Shown here: one piece after another, positions 1 through 12,524 of the stretch
How the letters are laid out: each line of letters starts with the position of its first letter
How positions within the stretch are numbered: position 1 is the stretch's first letter
DNA from: Macrostomum lignano
Lineage: Eukaryota
DNA length: 64,000 bases
Assembly (NCBI GenBank): GCA_002269645.1
Contig: NIVC01000100.1
Span: 1 to 64,000 of the forward strand
Reading direction: 5' to 3'
Position numbers and translations under genes: made by a program
The notes under the pieces: generated by a model
What the model saw: the letters and a program-made list of their open reading frames with translations, nothing else
What the model was told of the DNA's origin: nothing
Databases searched by the model: none

Positions 1-3000
1 CTTTAAGTCAACAAACAAAGCAGTCAATTGCTACAAAGGTTAGAAAGATGACGTGTTTTTTCGTGTTATTGCATATAAACTTGCTTCTATTTGAGAGAAT
101 GTCCTATTCCTAAATCTTTGTAGGTGAAATCAATGAGATTCATTATTGGGTATAGTGAGCAGCACCTGCAACCAGCATTCCTCGATGAGTACTTCCGTGA
201 AGTAATAATTTCTAAGTTTGATTTCTGGATCAAATAATATACTGAGATATAAAAATACAACTTACTTATTAACTCGAAGCCCTACTTTTTGCTTTTCAGT
301 GGAATCTTACTTCTAACCAGACCCTGCTGCAGATGGTGACTGGTTGGACAAAATTTCTACAGTTCAGGGCTAGAGCACGACTCAAGAGCAATCGATCGAC
401 ATTTGAGTCAGTGCCGTTAGTTATTCTACGGGCGCCAGGATGCCCACAGCCCTACAGCAATTACTATCACTAGTGTATTTTAATTCAGTTTTTCTACCGG
501 TAAAAGCAGTGCAACTAAAGTAACTAATAAATTACTATTTGAGGCATTTACAATTCCAGGGAGACTCTGGACATCACTTCCGTTTATCCAAGCTATCACA
601 TTGAAGAGAATGCAGTTTGTAAGGGATTTTTTCTTATAAAATTTCTCTTAAAATCTGCATTGCAAAGCATTGTAGAAAACTGTCAAACTGTGTGAATTTA
701 ATTTTCAGTTGTACCAGCAGCATTCTTCCAATGGCCATTCCATATGTGGGACAATTCAATGCCATAGTAAGTTGTAGCCACAGTACTAAAATAACAAGAT
801 GGGCCACTCAGGCAAATATACTTTTAAGTAAAGCAGCTTTCTACTATCAGTTCAGTAGCAAGAAGAATACATAAGGTATATTTTATAAAATTAAGCCAGC
901 TGAAATGACTTTGATAAGGCTCAGGTCAGGAGCCCAAGCTTGCAGGCGTAAACAGCTTGCTAATTGGTTCAGCAATAATGTACATTAGCCAGTCCACTGA
1001 AATGTACATGGCAGCTTTAGGCTAAAATTCCGAGACGGGCAATAAAAATTGGGGCGGCGGTGCGGGGTAGTCTGGAAAGGCACGGTCGGAGGGTTTAAGC
1101 GGGGGGGGTGTGGTAAGAGCCAAAATAAGAGCCAAAATAAATTAAAATGCTGGGAGTACGACGTTTGCTTGCAGGAACTTTGCTTGCTGAACTTTACTTG
1201 CGAATTTTGATGTCTGCTTCCTAGAAATTCGCAATCACAATTGCAAGGTTTTAACTTGCCGAATTAGAATGTCTGCTTGCTTGTTTTGATTGCTTGTGAA
1301 GTTGGTCCGTCAATTATTACTTACTACAGATGCTTTGCAAGTGGATTCTTATCAGCGTCGACGTAAACTGACTTGACACGAAGCTTTCAAACTAGGCTTA
1401 TAGAGTTTCATTCTAAGAATTTAGGGGTCGCAATATAAAGCTGTCGTAGCGTAAGTTCGATCGTACGTCGGAACTTTTACACTACGGAGATGGGAGCTAA
1501 GAACGATCTTATCTTACGATGTTCTGCATTAGGGCTTTTCAAATCCGCCATATCCTCATACAAAATCATAACACTATAGGCGACTTCCACGAATCTTAGA
1601 AAACAAAATTAGAATACAAGAGCTCAATAATAGGTTCTCTAAGGTTCCGCAAGAAAACTGTGGCTGGCAAATCTCGGCAAGCAAAGTTCCTGCAAGCAAA
1701 ATTCGGCAAGCAAAGTTCGGCAAGCAAACTTCGGCAAGCAAAGCTCGGCAAGCAAAGCTCGGCAAGCAAACTTCGGCAGGCAAAATTCCGCAAGCAAAGT
1801 TCGGCAAGCAGACTTCGGCAAGTAAAATTCTGCAAGCAAAGTTCGGCAAGCAAAGTTCGGCAAGCAAAATTCGGCAGGCAAAGTTCGGCAAGCAGACTTC
1901 GGCAAGCAAATTTCCGCAAGCAAAAGTCCGCAAGCAAACTTCTCGCAAGCAAATTTCATAGACCCAAAATGCTTCTGTTTAACTTACTACTGAACTGAAA
2001 GTATATAACACGCAAATTAGTTATTCTAGTATCTGTGGTTGTATCCTAATAGACAAATAGTCGATACCGAATTATAAGCTGAATTAATTGTCCCCATAAA
2101 TATTCTACTGATCCATTCTGACTTTGCAGTTACCTAAAATTTGGCATCATCGGCTCCGCCATAGCAGCGCAAATGACTAAAGCGTTTGACGCAATCGGTG
2201 AGTGAGTCAGCGAACGAATTGGCGCATATCGTTCAGCTGTTGTAGGAAATATACAAGTGCATTTTTATCCTATGCACATACCATTGTCCCAGCGCCACTG
2301 CAGTTCTGTCACCCCAACCCAACCCCTAGCCTACTGTAAAGTGCTTCCTTTATTGGCGGCATCAAGCCCCGTTCCATGCACCTTTTCATCCTGACAGCTT
2401 CCTGCACTGTTCTGCCATTCCTGCTGCAGTACGGACGTCAGTAGATATTTTTTTTGGGGGGGGGGCGTCTGCATGACATGCTCAATGCAAAACTGACAAC
2501 TCAAGCCTCCATTTGTCACCTCTCTCTGCGTCCTTCAAGCCTCGTCTGTGTCTCCCGTGTTTCTCTGGCGCAGTTCACATTTTCGACAGAGAATGAGTCG
2601 GTTTTTTTCCAGACTGGAGTCAATTTTTCTGATTAGGTTTTTTGTATTATTTTCTTGCACTAGAAATTCACTGCATGATAGGAGCATTATTTTTCTGACA
2701 GGTTTTAAAAGCTTTGGCAAACTTTCGTTTTCTATTTGCATATTCAATGTTTTCTTCTTGCAATCAATTAGGAATAGGATCAAGACTGAGAGACATGTGC
2801 AGAGAAAATAGATTGACAAAAACTCTCCAAAATAACTCAAATTTATGTTTGGGGGTGAACTTTTCTCCAACAAAAATGCTACTCTTTATTAATTAACATT
2901 TTCAGGCTCTCTGTGGACGGGCTTAGAAGATTTAGCTGTCAACGAGCAGCCTCTACTGCTCAGCTCAGAAGCTGAGAATTGCTACGCATCGTTACAGGCT

Positions 3001-4066
3001 ACTGTTGATGTGAGTAGAATAGTCAGCCTTGAAAGCGACTTTTATAATTTAACAAAACTAATAGAATACGCTGTCAAAACAGCGTCGAAACGGTCTCAAC
3101 CACAATTGGGACTGTATTAATGCAATGTATAATAGAGGAATGCATACGCTATTTTAAAAGATATAGGCAGCTGAAATGACTTTGATAAGCTTAGAAGCCC
3201 AAGCTTGCAGGCGTAAACAACTTGCTAATTGGTTCAGCAATAATGTACATTAGCCAGTCCACTGAAATGTACATACATATAACAGCTTTTTGGCTGGAAT
3301 TCCGAGAAAGGCAATAAAAATTGGGGTGGGGAGGGGTGTGAAAAGGCGCGGTTGGAGGGTTTAAGCCGGGGTAAGAGCCAATAAATGAGCCTTGGCTTTA
3401 AAAACACATTAAAATGCTTCCGTTTAACTTGCTACTGAACTGAAAGTAGCTTACACGCAAATGTGCTGAGTGGCTCATCTAGTTATTCTAGTATCTGTGG
3501 TGCAAACAGTCAAAACCCACAATTTTTTCCAATGCATCCACGTTAAAAACAACAAACTGCAGACGACATCCAAGGCGACAATTCGTTTAGCTTTCGCCAC
3601 AGCCTGGGGCCTGCGAGTGGCCCAACTGGCTCACGAGATGCACCTGATGAGGCGAACAGACAAGCAGCTGGGCCTGCCAACCTTGAGTTATTCAGCAGAC
3701 CAGTTGCTGTTTATGGCTTTTGCGCAGGTAAGAAAAATCTTTATTTAATATGAAATTTCATAGCAGTATTATTGGCTTAACAAAATAATTGACAATGGAA
3801 TTTTAGACTCACTGCGGCACCGAACGAGCGAAGTATAAACTTCGTCTCAGAGACAGTTATTTTCCGATGAAAAACAGGTATGAGATATGTGGATTTATTT
3901 GTTATTCAATGTTTGCTGCTCAAAGATCCATGATTTGCAGTACTGCAACTGCAACTTGTACATTTCCAGGGTTGAATTTGCTGTCCAAGGTTCGCCAGTG
4001 TTCAACAGAGCATTCTCATGCCACGAAAATCAAATGCCGGAAACTGCGTGGACGTGCAGCCCTTGA
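1..4066 (+). CDS. 3' part of a neprilysin/M13 peptidase-like gene, predicted catalytically inactive (5' end lies outside the window)
   Basis: Phase-consistent GT-AG exons 1-38, 124-201, 300-406, 560-618, 709-766, 2130-2197, 2906-3009, 3563-3727, 3807-3877, 3970-4066(TGA). Translation includes MRFIIGYSEQHLQPAFLDEYF, SVYPSYHIEENAVFVPAAFFQWPF, LKFGIIGSAIAAQMTKAFDAIG, AWGLRVA...LPTLSYSADQLLFMAFAQTHCG and RVEFAVQGSPVFNRAFSC, collinear with the M13 C-terminal domain. HExxH is replaced by AQMTK and ENIAD by LAFAT. Confidence 0.88.
895..3500 (+). repeat. Dispersed ~330-bp segment present twice in introns of the M13-like gene (about 895-1151 plus 1966-2040, and about 3167-3500)
   Basis: Shared text such as CAGCTGAAATGACTTTGATAAG...GCAATAATGTACATTAGCCAGTCCACTGAAATGTACAT...AAAATGCTTC(T/C)GTTTAACTT(A/G)CTACTGAACTGAAAGTA; the first copy is split by the 1152-1965 insertion. 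Confidence 0.85.
1152..1965. mobile_element. Non-autonomous DNA transposon (MITE-like), 814 bp, with subterminal GGCAAGCAAA repeat array
   Basis: 8-bp TSD AAAATGCT (1144-1151 and 1966-1973); imperfect TIRs GGGAGTACGACGTTTGCTTGC vs revcomp end GGGTCTATGAAATTTGCTTGC; the paralogous site near 3412 has a single AAAATGCT; the right end recurs at 51630-51918. Confidence 0.8.
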
Positions 4067-4989
4067 TGCTGGGTTTCTTCCGACTATAACTATAATTCCA
4101 TTGTTAATTTTTAAACTGATGGTTACTGTTGTTCCTATCTTATGCTTTGCTAACTCTGCAATGAAGCTAATGTATAATAGTGCTATAGCAATGCAACTAG
4201 AGCTATTATCTTGTCCCCTCCATAATTATCTGATATTCGGATTTGTTTATCAAATAAAGCCGGAAACTTTTGTACACACGAGCTATCGATACATCAAGTG
4301 ATGTTTTAAACCATGGAAAACCAAAGCACGAGATGTCAGTTTAACACTAAGAAGAATACTGAAAGGCACCTCATCAAACGTAGAGCAGTTTATGCTGCTA
4401 CTCGAGTACAACGAATACAAAATCATTCAGCCACGTCTTTGCAGTTGACAGGATACTGTACTTCTGTACGCTTCATTGAATAAAACAAAAGAAAACAGCA
4501 TCTGCTGTGTTTGGGAACCCATGCGATACATTTCTGACAACCAGCTGATGCACAGTAGTCACTTATCCTAGCAGCTGTTCTGCTCAATTGAGCTGCAAAA
4601 CATCATCTTCTAGCTTTGAGTTGCTAATATGTTTCGGTATTCACGCCTAGCTTATGCAAAAAATGTTGCTCAACCAATCGAGACGGTAAATTTTCTCCCC
4701 TAAAAAAATTCTGCCATTTGGCTTTTCTGAAGCGTCACTTTGCTGAGCCAAAGCTTACCGTGTAGGTTTCTTTTGTTGAGAAGATAACATTATATATACA
4801 TGCAGCGGCGATGGGATTAAGATGTGTCTGCAAGCGAATCAACAGACACTTTTCCTGATCTCGCAGAAGAAACTCGCTGAAATGCGATCCAACTTTCTAA
4901 TAAACAGCTTTATTAGTTTTATAGGTAAGTGCAATTTCGGCAAAACAGTCGGGATTCTAGGAATCGAGATACGTCTGGCCGCCCGTAAA

Positions 4990-6984
4990 ATGACAGCCAA
5001 GTACCATGTACTTTTACTGCTTGTACGGTGCTGGCAACCCTATGTCCGTGTGTTGAGGTGCGACTAACCATGGCCAACGGTGCTTAACTTACTATCGTGT
5101 TAATCCTACTAGCTAGCAACACAATAACGCCTGGAAATCTTAGCCTTCCTCCCGCAGGCGCTCACTAGCTGCAGTCAATTTGTCCGCTCCTCCGGGCCAA
5201 TCCAGCTCGACCCGACCGTCAGTAGTTTCTTCATCAGCGAGCCCGGCTCAGCCTCCATCCAAGACTGCCTGCTCAGCTGCCGGTCGAAGGGGTGTGTCGC
5301 AGTCAGCCTGCTGCGGGCCAGCCGCATCTGCCAGCTGCTCTTCGTCGAGGACGCCTCGCGGACTGCCGGATCGCCGCGCAGCCACGCGTGGAGGTCACTG
5401 GGATCCGAGGCTGGCGCCGAGGTGTGGAAGGCGGTCGACATCGACAGCATCATCGACTCCAGGAGGCTCAACATCACGCTGGAGTTTTCAAGTGAGTCGC
5501 CTGATTAATTCAATAAAGTTTAAAGCAATGAAGGCGTTTTAGAAAAGTGAGTTGGCGGATTCGACGTCCTAACACTCGAGCGAGTTAAGCAGGATTGGCT
5601 GCTGGCCTTGCAAGCTTGTTGGTGCATTTTATTCGATTTTGGGAGCCTGCGAATCTTCTAAGAAACACTAGGGATGCCAGCTACAAAGAGGATACCAGCT
5701 ACAGAGGAGGCGCCAGCTACAGAGGGTACAGAGGGGGCGCCAGCTACAGAGGGGGCGCCAGCTACAGAGGGGGCGCCAGCTACAGAGGGGGCGCCAGCTA
5801 CAGAGGGGGCGCCAGCTACAGAGGGGGCGCCAGCTACAGATGGGGCGCCAGCTACAGAGGGGGCGCCAGCTACAGAGGGGGCGCCAGCTACAGAGGGGGC
5901 GCCAGCTACAGAGGGGGCGCCAGCTACAGAAGAGGCGCCAGCTACAGAGGGATGCCAGCTACAGAGAAGATGCCAGCTACAGAGAGGATGCCAGCTACAG
6001 AGGGGGGCGCCAGCTACAGAGGAGGCGCCAGCTACAGAGGGGGCGCCAGCTACAGAGGGGACTGCAAAACTGCAAAACCCGCAGACTCGAGCACAGGTAC
6101 GAACGGCTCCATCCTGCAGCTGTCAATCAACGTGACAGGCTGCTATCGAATTAAGGCAGCAGGAGCCGCTGGCGGGTTCAACAGTTTCCACAATCGAGTC
6201 GGCGGCAGAGGCGCCTTCGCAGCTGGACGCTTCAAACTCGCTGCCGGAGCGCGACTGTCAATCGTGGTGGGCCAGGCTGGCGGCCCGACAACGCTTGGCA
6301 ACGCTGGTGCTGGCGGAGGCGGTGGTAGCTTCGTGTACATGACTGGGAACGGCCAGCTGCTGCTGGCGGCAGGCGGCGGTGGCGGCGCCTCATCCTGGGC
6401 TTCAGGTGAGAAGCGGGTCTTATCTTCGAAAACTATAGCCAGGGTCATAAAAAGCATTTTCTCTTCTTTCGGCAACAACAGGCTGTCAAGGACTGGCCGC
6501 CAGCACTGGTGGCGACTCGAACGGCGGTAACAAGCTGAACACTGGCTACGGCGGCAAAAACGGCCAGCCTGGCAACAACGGCAACGGCAGCAATCCGGAC
6601 TTCGACGGCGGCTGCGGCGCCGGCTGGCTGGGCATGGCGCCCCGACGAACCAATGCCGGGCACGGAGACTCTGGCGGTGATCGCAGCGTCGGTTGGATCG
6701 GCGGCGCGGCTGGCAGCGGCGGCGGCGGTGGCGGCGACGGCGGGTTTGGCGGCGGCGGCGGAGGTGGACGCTCAGTTGGCGCGGCTGGCGCTGGTGGCGG
6801 CTACAGCGGCGGAGGCGCCGGGACCGGCGCTTATCACTCCGGCGGCGGAGGCGGCTCTGTCTGCGGCGACGGTGTCACCGGTGGCAGCGACTGCATCCTC
6901 ATGGATGGCGACGTCATGGACGGCTCAACCGTTCAAGGCCGGGTGACGCTTCAGCTTCTGCCAGACGCTGAGTCAGCCTGCTGA
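4990..6984 (+). CDS. Secreted protein: signal peptide + PAN/apple-like domain + ALK/LTK-type glycine-rich domain; no TM or kinase
   Basis: Exons 4990-5022 (MTAKYHVLLLL), 5158-5491 (SIQDCLLSCRSKGCVAVSLLRASRICQLL, PAN-like Cys spacing), 6085-6405 (GCYRIKAAGAAGG...GGRGAFAAGRFKLAAGARLSIVVGQAG...GGGGGSFVY...LLLAAGGGGGA) and 6482-6984 (GGCGAGW...GGFGGGGGG...GAGGGYSGG...GGGGGS, stop); all junctions GT-AG and phase-consistent. Exon 1 is the least certain. Confidence 0.85.
5671..6061 (+). repeat. 18-bp minisatellite (GGGGCGCCAGCTACAGAG)n in intron 2 of the glycine-rich gene
   Basis: About 21 tandem units read directly; the same unit occurs at 19328-19468 and 33372-34270. Confidence 0.95.
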
Positions 6985-7755
6985 GCTGCACCTCTTTAAA
7001 CAAAGAAAAAGTTTTTTCATGATTTGACCACTTTAACTCTGGACTATTATCAATATAGTGGAAAATATTATTAAACCATCGGTTTTTAATCAAAATTAAG
7101 GACGCAAATCCATAAATATGTTGCTTTGGTCTTTTCGTTCTCGGTCTTGATTAATTTGGACCAATTTGTAGCTGTGCAATAATAGAGCATGGTTTCCGAG
7201 GTCTTTAATACATGATAGCGCTCTCTGGCTTTCCCATTATCGCCCGCAAAGCCTGGGTGGTAATACTGTGATTGATTTAATATGTGCCATGGAGTGTGGG
7301 TGTCAACCATAGACAATGATTTAATGAGTAACTATACAGTTACTCTACAGCCTTGTCGGGTGGGCCGATATAATCGTCTATGGCAATAATCAAATATCCG
7401 CCACGTAGTCATGGTACAATTGTAGTTTCGACAATACCTTGACAAGAATCTTTGGTTACTAGCGGGAGTGGCCGGATTCTAAGAATCTTAAAGTAGCTCT
7501 GGCTTTGCAGAGAAGCTTTATAATTTAACTGTCTAAGGTACAGATAGGCAGTTTGGTTTATCACAAACACTGCAAACAGTATTAAGCATTTTACTGTACT
7601 ACTAATAGTAATAAAATAACTTCAATTTCAATGACTTTAAACGAGTAGTATATCTTTATTTAACGATTATAAAGCGATTCTTCAAAGGAAGTCCTTGATT
7701 TTGTACGAATATATAGATGACGCAGCAGAGCTTCAAACGCAGTCTGTGTTTTTGT

Positions 7756-9926
7756 TTACTTCTTCGGCGCCTTGAACTTCGGCTTGCCCAGCGGTCGGAT
7801 GTGTTGAAGCGAGTCAGCGGCCCCGGGTTGTCTGGAAAATAGTTTAAAGGATGACAGAGGTTGAGGGAAGTCTGCTGATGGGATTTTTGAGATTCTTTTA
7901 CAGTAGGGATGCCAACCGGTTTAAACGGTTTTTGGCCCGGTTTGACGGTTTCCAACTCCTAATCCTAATTAGGTCACAATTATCAGAGAGGCAGACTCAA
8001 GGGGGCAGAGAGGCAGACTCAAGGGGGCAGAGAGGCAGACTCAAGGAAGCAGAGAGGCAGACTCAAGGGGGCAGAGAGGCAGACTCAAGGGGGCAGAGAG
8101 GCAGACTCAAGGGGGCAGAGAGGCAGACTCAAGGGGGCAGAGAGGCAGACTCAAGGAAGCAGAGAGGCAGACTCAAGGGGGCAGAGAGGCAGACTCAAGG
8201 AAGCAGAGAGGCAGACTCAAGGAAGCAGAGAGGCAGACTCAAGGGGGCAGAGAGGCAGACTCAAGGAAGCAGAGAGGCAGACTCAAGGGGGGCAGAGAGA
8301 TGCAATGTAAATGACGAGTTTTCTATAAAAAGCTTTCAGTAAACTCAATCTAAGAGTACATGTAGACTAAGACTAAGAGTTTGTCCATACTATTCGTGTT
8401 GTCATTAACTCTGTCAAACTTTTGAACAATTGATGCACAAAATAGTTTTTAAAACTGGTTTTCTTTAAAAAAGACTGTTTTTAAACCGGTGAACAGGTTC
8501 TCAAAAAGGCGCGGTTTTTGGCATCAAAACTTTACAGAGTGTTTCTGAAAAAAATCTTGATTAACTTGCGAGTGTACCCTAAATAAAACACATGCTTGCT
8601 TCAGTTGCAACTTGGAATTAGTGAGCATTTGGTGTTTAAAAAACTGAAGACATCCAGCTACATCTCGCCAATGCATTTTGCACAGGCTGCTGCATATAGC
8701 AAACGTACTATTACAACATATGCGCTGATTTCTTCAATGGAAAACAGATTTTCAGCTTGTGCAGCTAGAGGAAGAAGGTTCATCAGAAGACTTGGTAGTG
8801 TTTTCCTCCTAGTACAGGTTTAGCGAAGAAAGTTCACTCTGGCTCCACAGGGACAGCAGCTGTCAGTTCGCTGTTGCTGGGGTTCTGCACTCCCCCCGCT
8901 GGTTCCCACTGCGGACATGCGGTTCTGCGCGTGGGTGATGAGAGAAGCAAAGAAATAAAAAAGAAGGAAGATGGACAGACAAAGTGCATTAGCGCTTTCG
9001 ATAGGTGCATACTAGCTTTGCCTGTAACTTGACCTTAGCTTCTCATTGACCTGAAGGCTTAAAATAACTTCGTTAGCAACCGTCGGAAAAAACTCACTTC
9101 ACAACGATTAGGGTTAGTGAATTCCCAGACTCCTTGATGAGGCTGGATGCTTGGGCGTGGCTCAACTGACGGGTTTTCTGACCGTTCACCGACTGGATGG
9201 CGTCTCCAGAGTGCAGCTTGCCGAAGGCTGCGGACTCGGGCTGGACCTGGCACAGTGCGGGCGGCTCTGGGCATTCAGAACAGAACTGTAGAGAAAGACA
9301 GGCAGACACTGAGACAGACACTGAGACAGACACTGAGACAGACACTGAGACAGACACTGAGACAGACACTGAGACAGACACTGAGACAGACACTGAGACA
9401 GACACTGAGACAGACACTGAGACAGACACTGAGACAGACACTGAGACAGACACTGAGACAGACACTGAGACAGACACTGAGACAGACACTGAGACAGACA
9501 CTGAGACAGACACTGAGACAGACACTGAGACAGACACTGAGACAGACACTGAGACAGACACTGAGACAGACACTGAGACAGACACTGAGACAGACACTGA
9601 CACAGACACTGAGACAGACACTGAGACAGACACTGAGACAGACACTGAGACAGACACTGAGACATTTCAACTCAGTAAAAAATCGAATTCACCTTCATAA
9701 CGGTCAGCTGAGTCCTGTAGTCAGCTCCGCCTTGCAGCCGGAAGCCCCACATCTGATTAGCCGAACGTTGCAGCGACACCTGCACAGGGGCTTGCGGATC
9801 TGCTTCCGGGTGTTCCTGGTGCTGCTGGTGCTGCTGGTGAGGCTGATAAGGCTGGTGCTGATGCCCTGGTCCGTGAAATTTGGAAGAGACTGCTGACACA
9901 GGTCTGGCTGCAACCGCGTATAGCAT
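7756..9926 (-). CDS. Short PDZ-domain protein of the PDLIM/ALP-Enigma/Zasp type
   Basis: Exons 9926-9693 (His/Gln-rich leader, then [31 protein letters not shown]) and 9246-9098 ([49 protein letters not shown]) form a complete PDZ with the WGFRLQGG loop. Downstream exons 8924-8838 and 7831-7756(TAA) are phase-consistent but less certain; the true start may lie upstream. Confidence 0.78.
7985..8300. repeat. 22-bp minisatellite (AGAGAGGCAGACTCAAGGGGGC)n
   Basis: About 14 tandem units with GGGGG/GGAAG variants; lies in a predicted PDZ gene intron. Confidence 0.95.
9296..9663. repeat. 12-bp minisatellite (GAGACAGACACT)n filling the intron that splits the PDZ domain
   Basis: About 30 near-perfect units; explains the SVSV, QTLR and DTET ORF artefacts. 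Confidence 0.97.
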
Positions 9927-10565
9927 ATTTTTAATATTTAGTGCTGTCCTTAGACACTCAGCTGCGCAATCGAAAATTCAAACAGAACCAATATAGCAAT
10001 GATCCTATACAACCTGACCATATCGCTTTTATGGACGATTCTCTTTGGTTTTCTGCTTCACGGTTGTTGCAATTTCTCTTCCCCTCTTCTTCCCAAATGA
10101 TCCGGTTTTTCTGTTGGATAGCCAATGACTTTGCCCCTGTCAAGGATGCTGTGCGGTAGCTCGCAAGCATTTATTGACTAGACACTGGTTCTGGCTCTCC
10201 AAGGTCATTATCTGAATTTATGGATTGGTGCGATGTGCTTTCAATAATTGGTTAGTCAAAATATGCACAAGTATTGGCGTCGTTACTTCCACTGTACGAG
10301 CGGAGTTGGACAAATTTTTACATGCCTAATTTACAGTTGAAGGTTCATTCAGGGCAGCTTGGGGTTTGGTTCTGCAGGGCAGCGGAGGTCTGTGATGCAT
10401 CAGTCTCCTAAACGTAGTGGTCATTTATTCGTTTAATACAGATTAGGCAGGACCTTCTAGGGGAAGTCATTATTCAAAACTGAACGTTGCTTTCGACTTG
10501 AAGAACCGATACCAAACTGCAGGAATTCACTTCACAGATTAATGGCAGAACTGTATCCCTGAAGC

Positions 10566-11047
<482 letters not shown>

Positions 11048-11380
11048 ACGATCGTAGATCTATCCGGATCAGAGTTCATCCCATATTTTAAGGACACAGC
11101 TTGGTAAGGCGATCTGCTTTAGCGGAGCCCGAGAATCAGCCCTGCACAAGCAATCTGTTGGGTCCTTATTTGGTCATTGGAGAAAAGTACGTGCGAGCTA
11201 AAACGCTATTTAGCCCGATACGATGCGCAAATGTGAAGGCCATTGCATGGGCAAATATAGGCGAACTTAGATTTATGTCTGGGATCAGCCTGAGGTCAGT
11301 GGCTTTGTTGCTAATCTTTTTCCGCAACCAAATCTCACGCCAAAAATTTCTTTTTAAGTCCAAATTGACGACGTTCCCGT

Positions 11381-12037
11381 GAGATAAAGGCAGATTGGAG
11401 TGAGATAACGGCAGATTGGAGTGAGATAAAGGCAGATTGGAGTGAGATAACGGCAGATTGGAGTGAGATAAAGGCAGATTGGAGTGAGATAAAGGCAGAT
11501 TGGAGTGAGATAAAGGCAGACTGGAGTGAGATAAAGGCAGATTGGAGTGAGATAAAGGCAGACTGGAGTGAGATAAAGGCAGCTTAGAGTGAGATAAAGG
11601 CAGATTAGAGTGAGATAAAGGCAGCTTGGAGTGAGATAAAGGCAGCTTAGAGTGAGATAATGGCAGACTGGAGTGAGATAAAGGCAGACTGGAGTGAGAT
11701 AAAGGCAGCTTGGAGTGAGATAAAGGCAGCTTAGAGTGAGATAATGGCAGACTGGAGTGAGATAAAGGCAGACTGGAGTGAGATAACGGCAGATTGGAGT
11801 GAGATAAAGGCAGATTGGAGTGAGATAACGGCAGATTGGAGTGAGATAACGGCAGATTGGAGTGAGATAACGGCAGATTGGAGTGAGATAACGACAGATT
11901 GGAGTGAGATAACGGCAGATTGGAGTGAGATAAAGGCAGAATGGAGTGAGATAAAGGCAGATTGGAGTGAGATAACGGCAGATTGGAGTGAGATAAAGGC
12001 AGAATGGAGTGAGATAAAGGCAGATTGGAGTGAGATA
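11381..12037. repeat. 21-bp minisatellite (GAGTGAGATAAAGGCAGATTG)n
   Basis: About 31 units read directly. Confidence 0.96.
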
Positions 12038-12524
12038 AGGGTGTTAAAAGACAGCTTATTATTTATTGCAGCAAATATCAACTGTTTAGTGTTTTTGTTT
12101 GACACGACTGAAAATGCTTCTTAGAACAAAGCAACTAAGATTTAAGAAAAAAGCATACAGAAAAACGTGGTTATTTGTTCCTACAGCAAGATTCATTAAG
12201 AATTTCTCATGTTTCTTTGATTTGCGGATCGTTAAAAATAAAAATTATATTTTTCGGAAGACTTTGAATAAAATTTGAGTAGCTTTAATTAAAACACATA
12301 GTGATAAGTTTTTTTTACATTTATTTGAGGTTGAATGCGTCGAAAACTGACTTATTTAAATTTAAATATTTTTACACCCAATAACTACCATAGACTATTC
12401 TCATAGCTTTATATTTGTATACTTCAGTAAATAAACCTCAGAAATTTCCCGCCAGTTAATGACCATAGAGTTTTGGCCATAGACTAAGCCAAATGACTTC
12501 AGCTCGTAGATAAACCGCAGATCC

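Noticed and set aside
5070-5166. Alternative start (ATG 5070) for the glycine-rich gene with a hydrophobic stretch
   Set aside because: In-frame TAA at 5085-5087 and the wrong frame relative to exon 2; the 4990-5022 exon gives a clean signal peptide.
7903-8526. hAT-like MITE suggested by TAGGGATGCCAACC at the left end
   Set aside because: The right end matches only TTGGCATC and no TSD could be identified.
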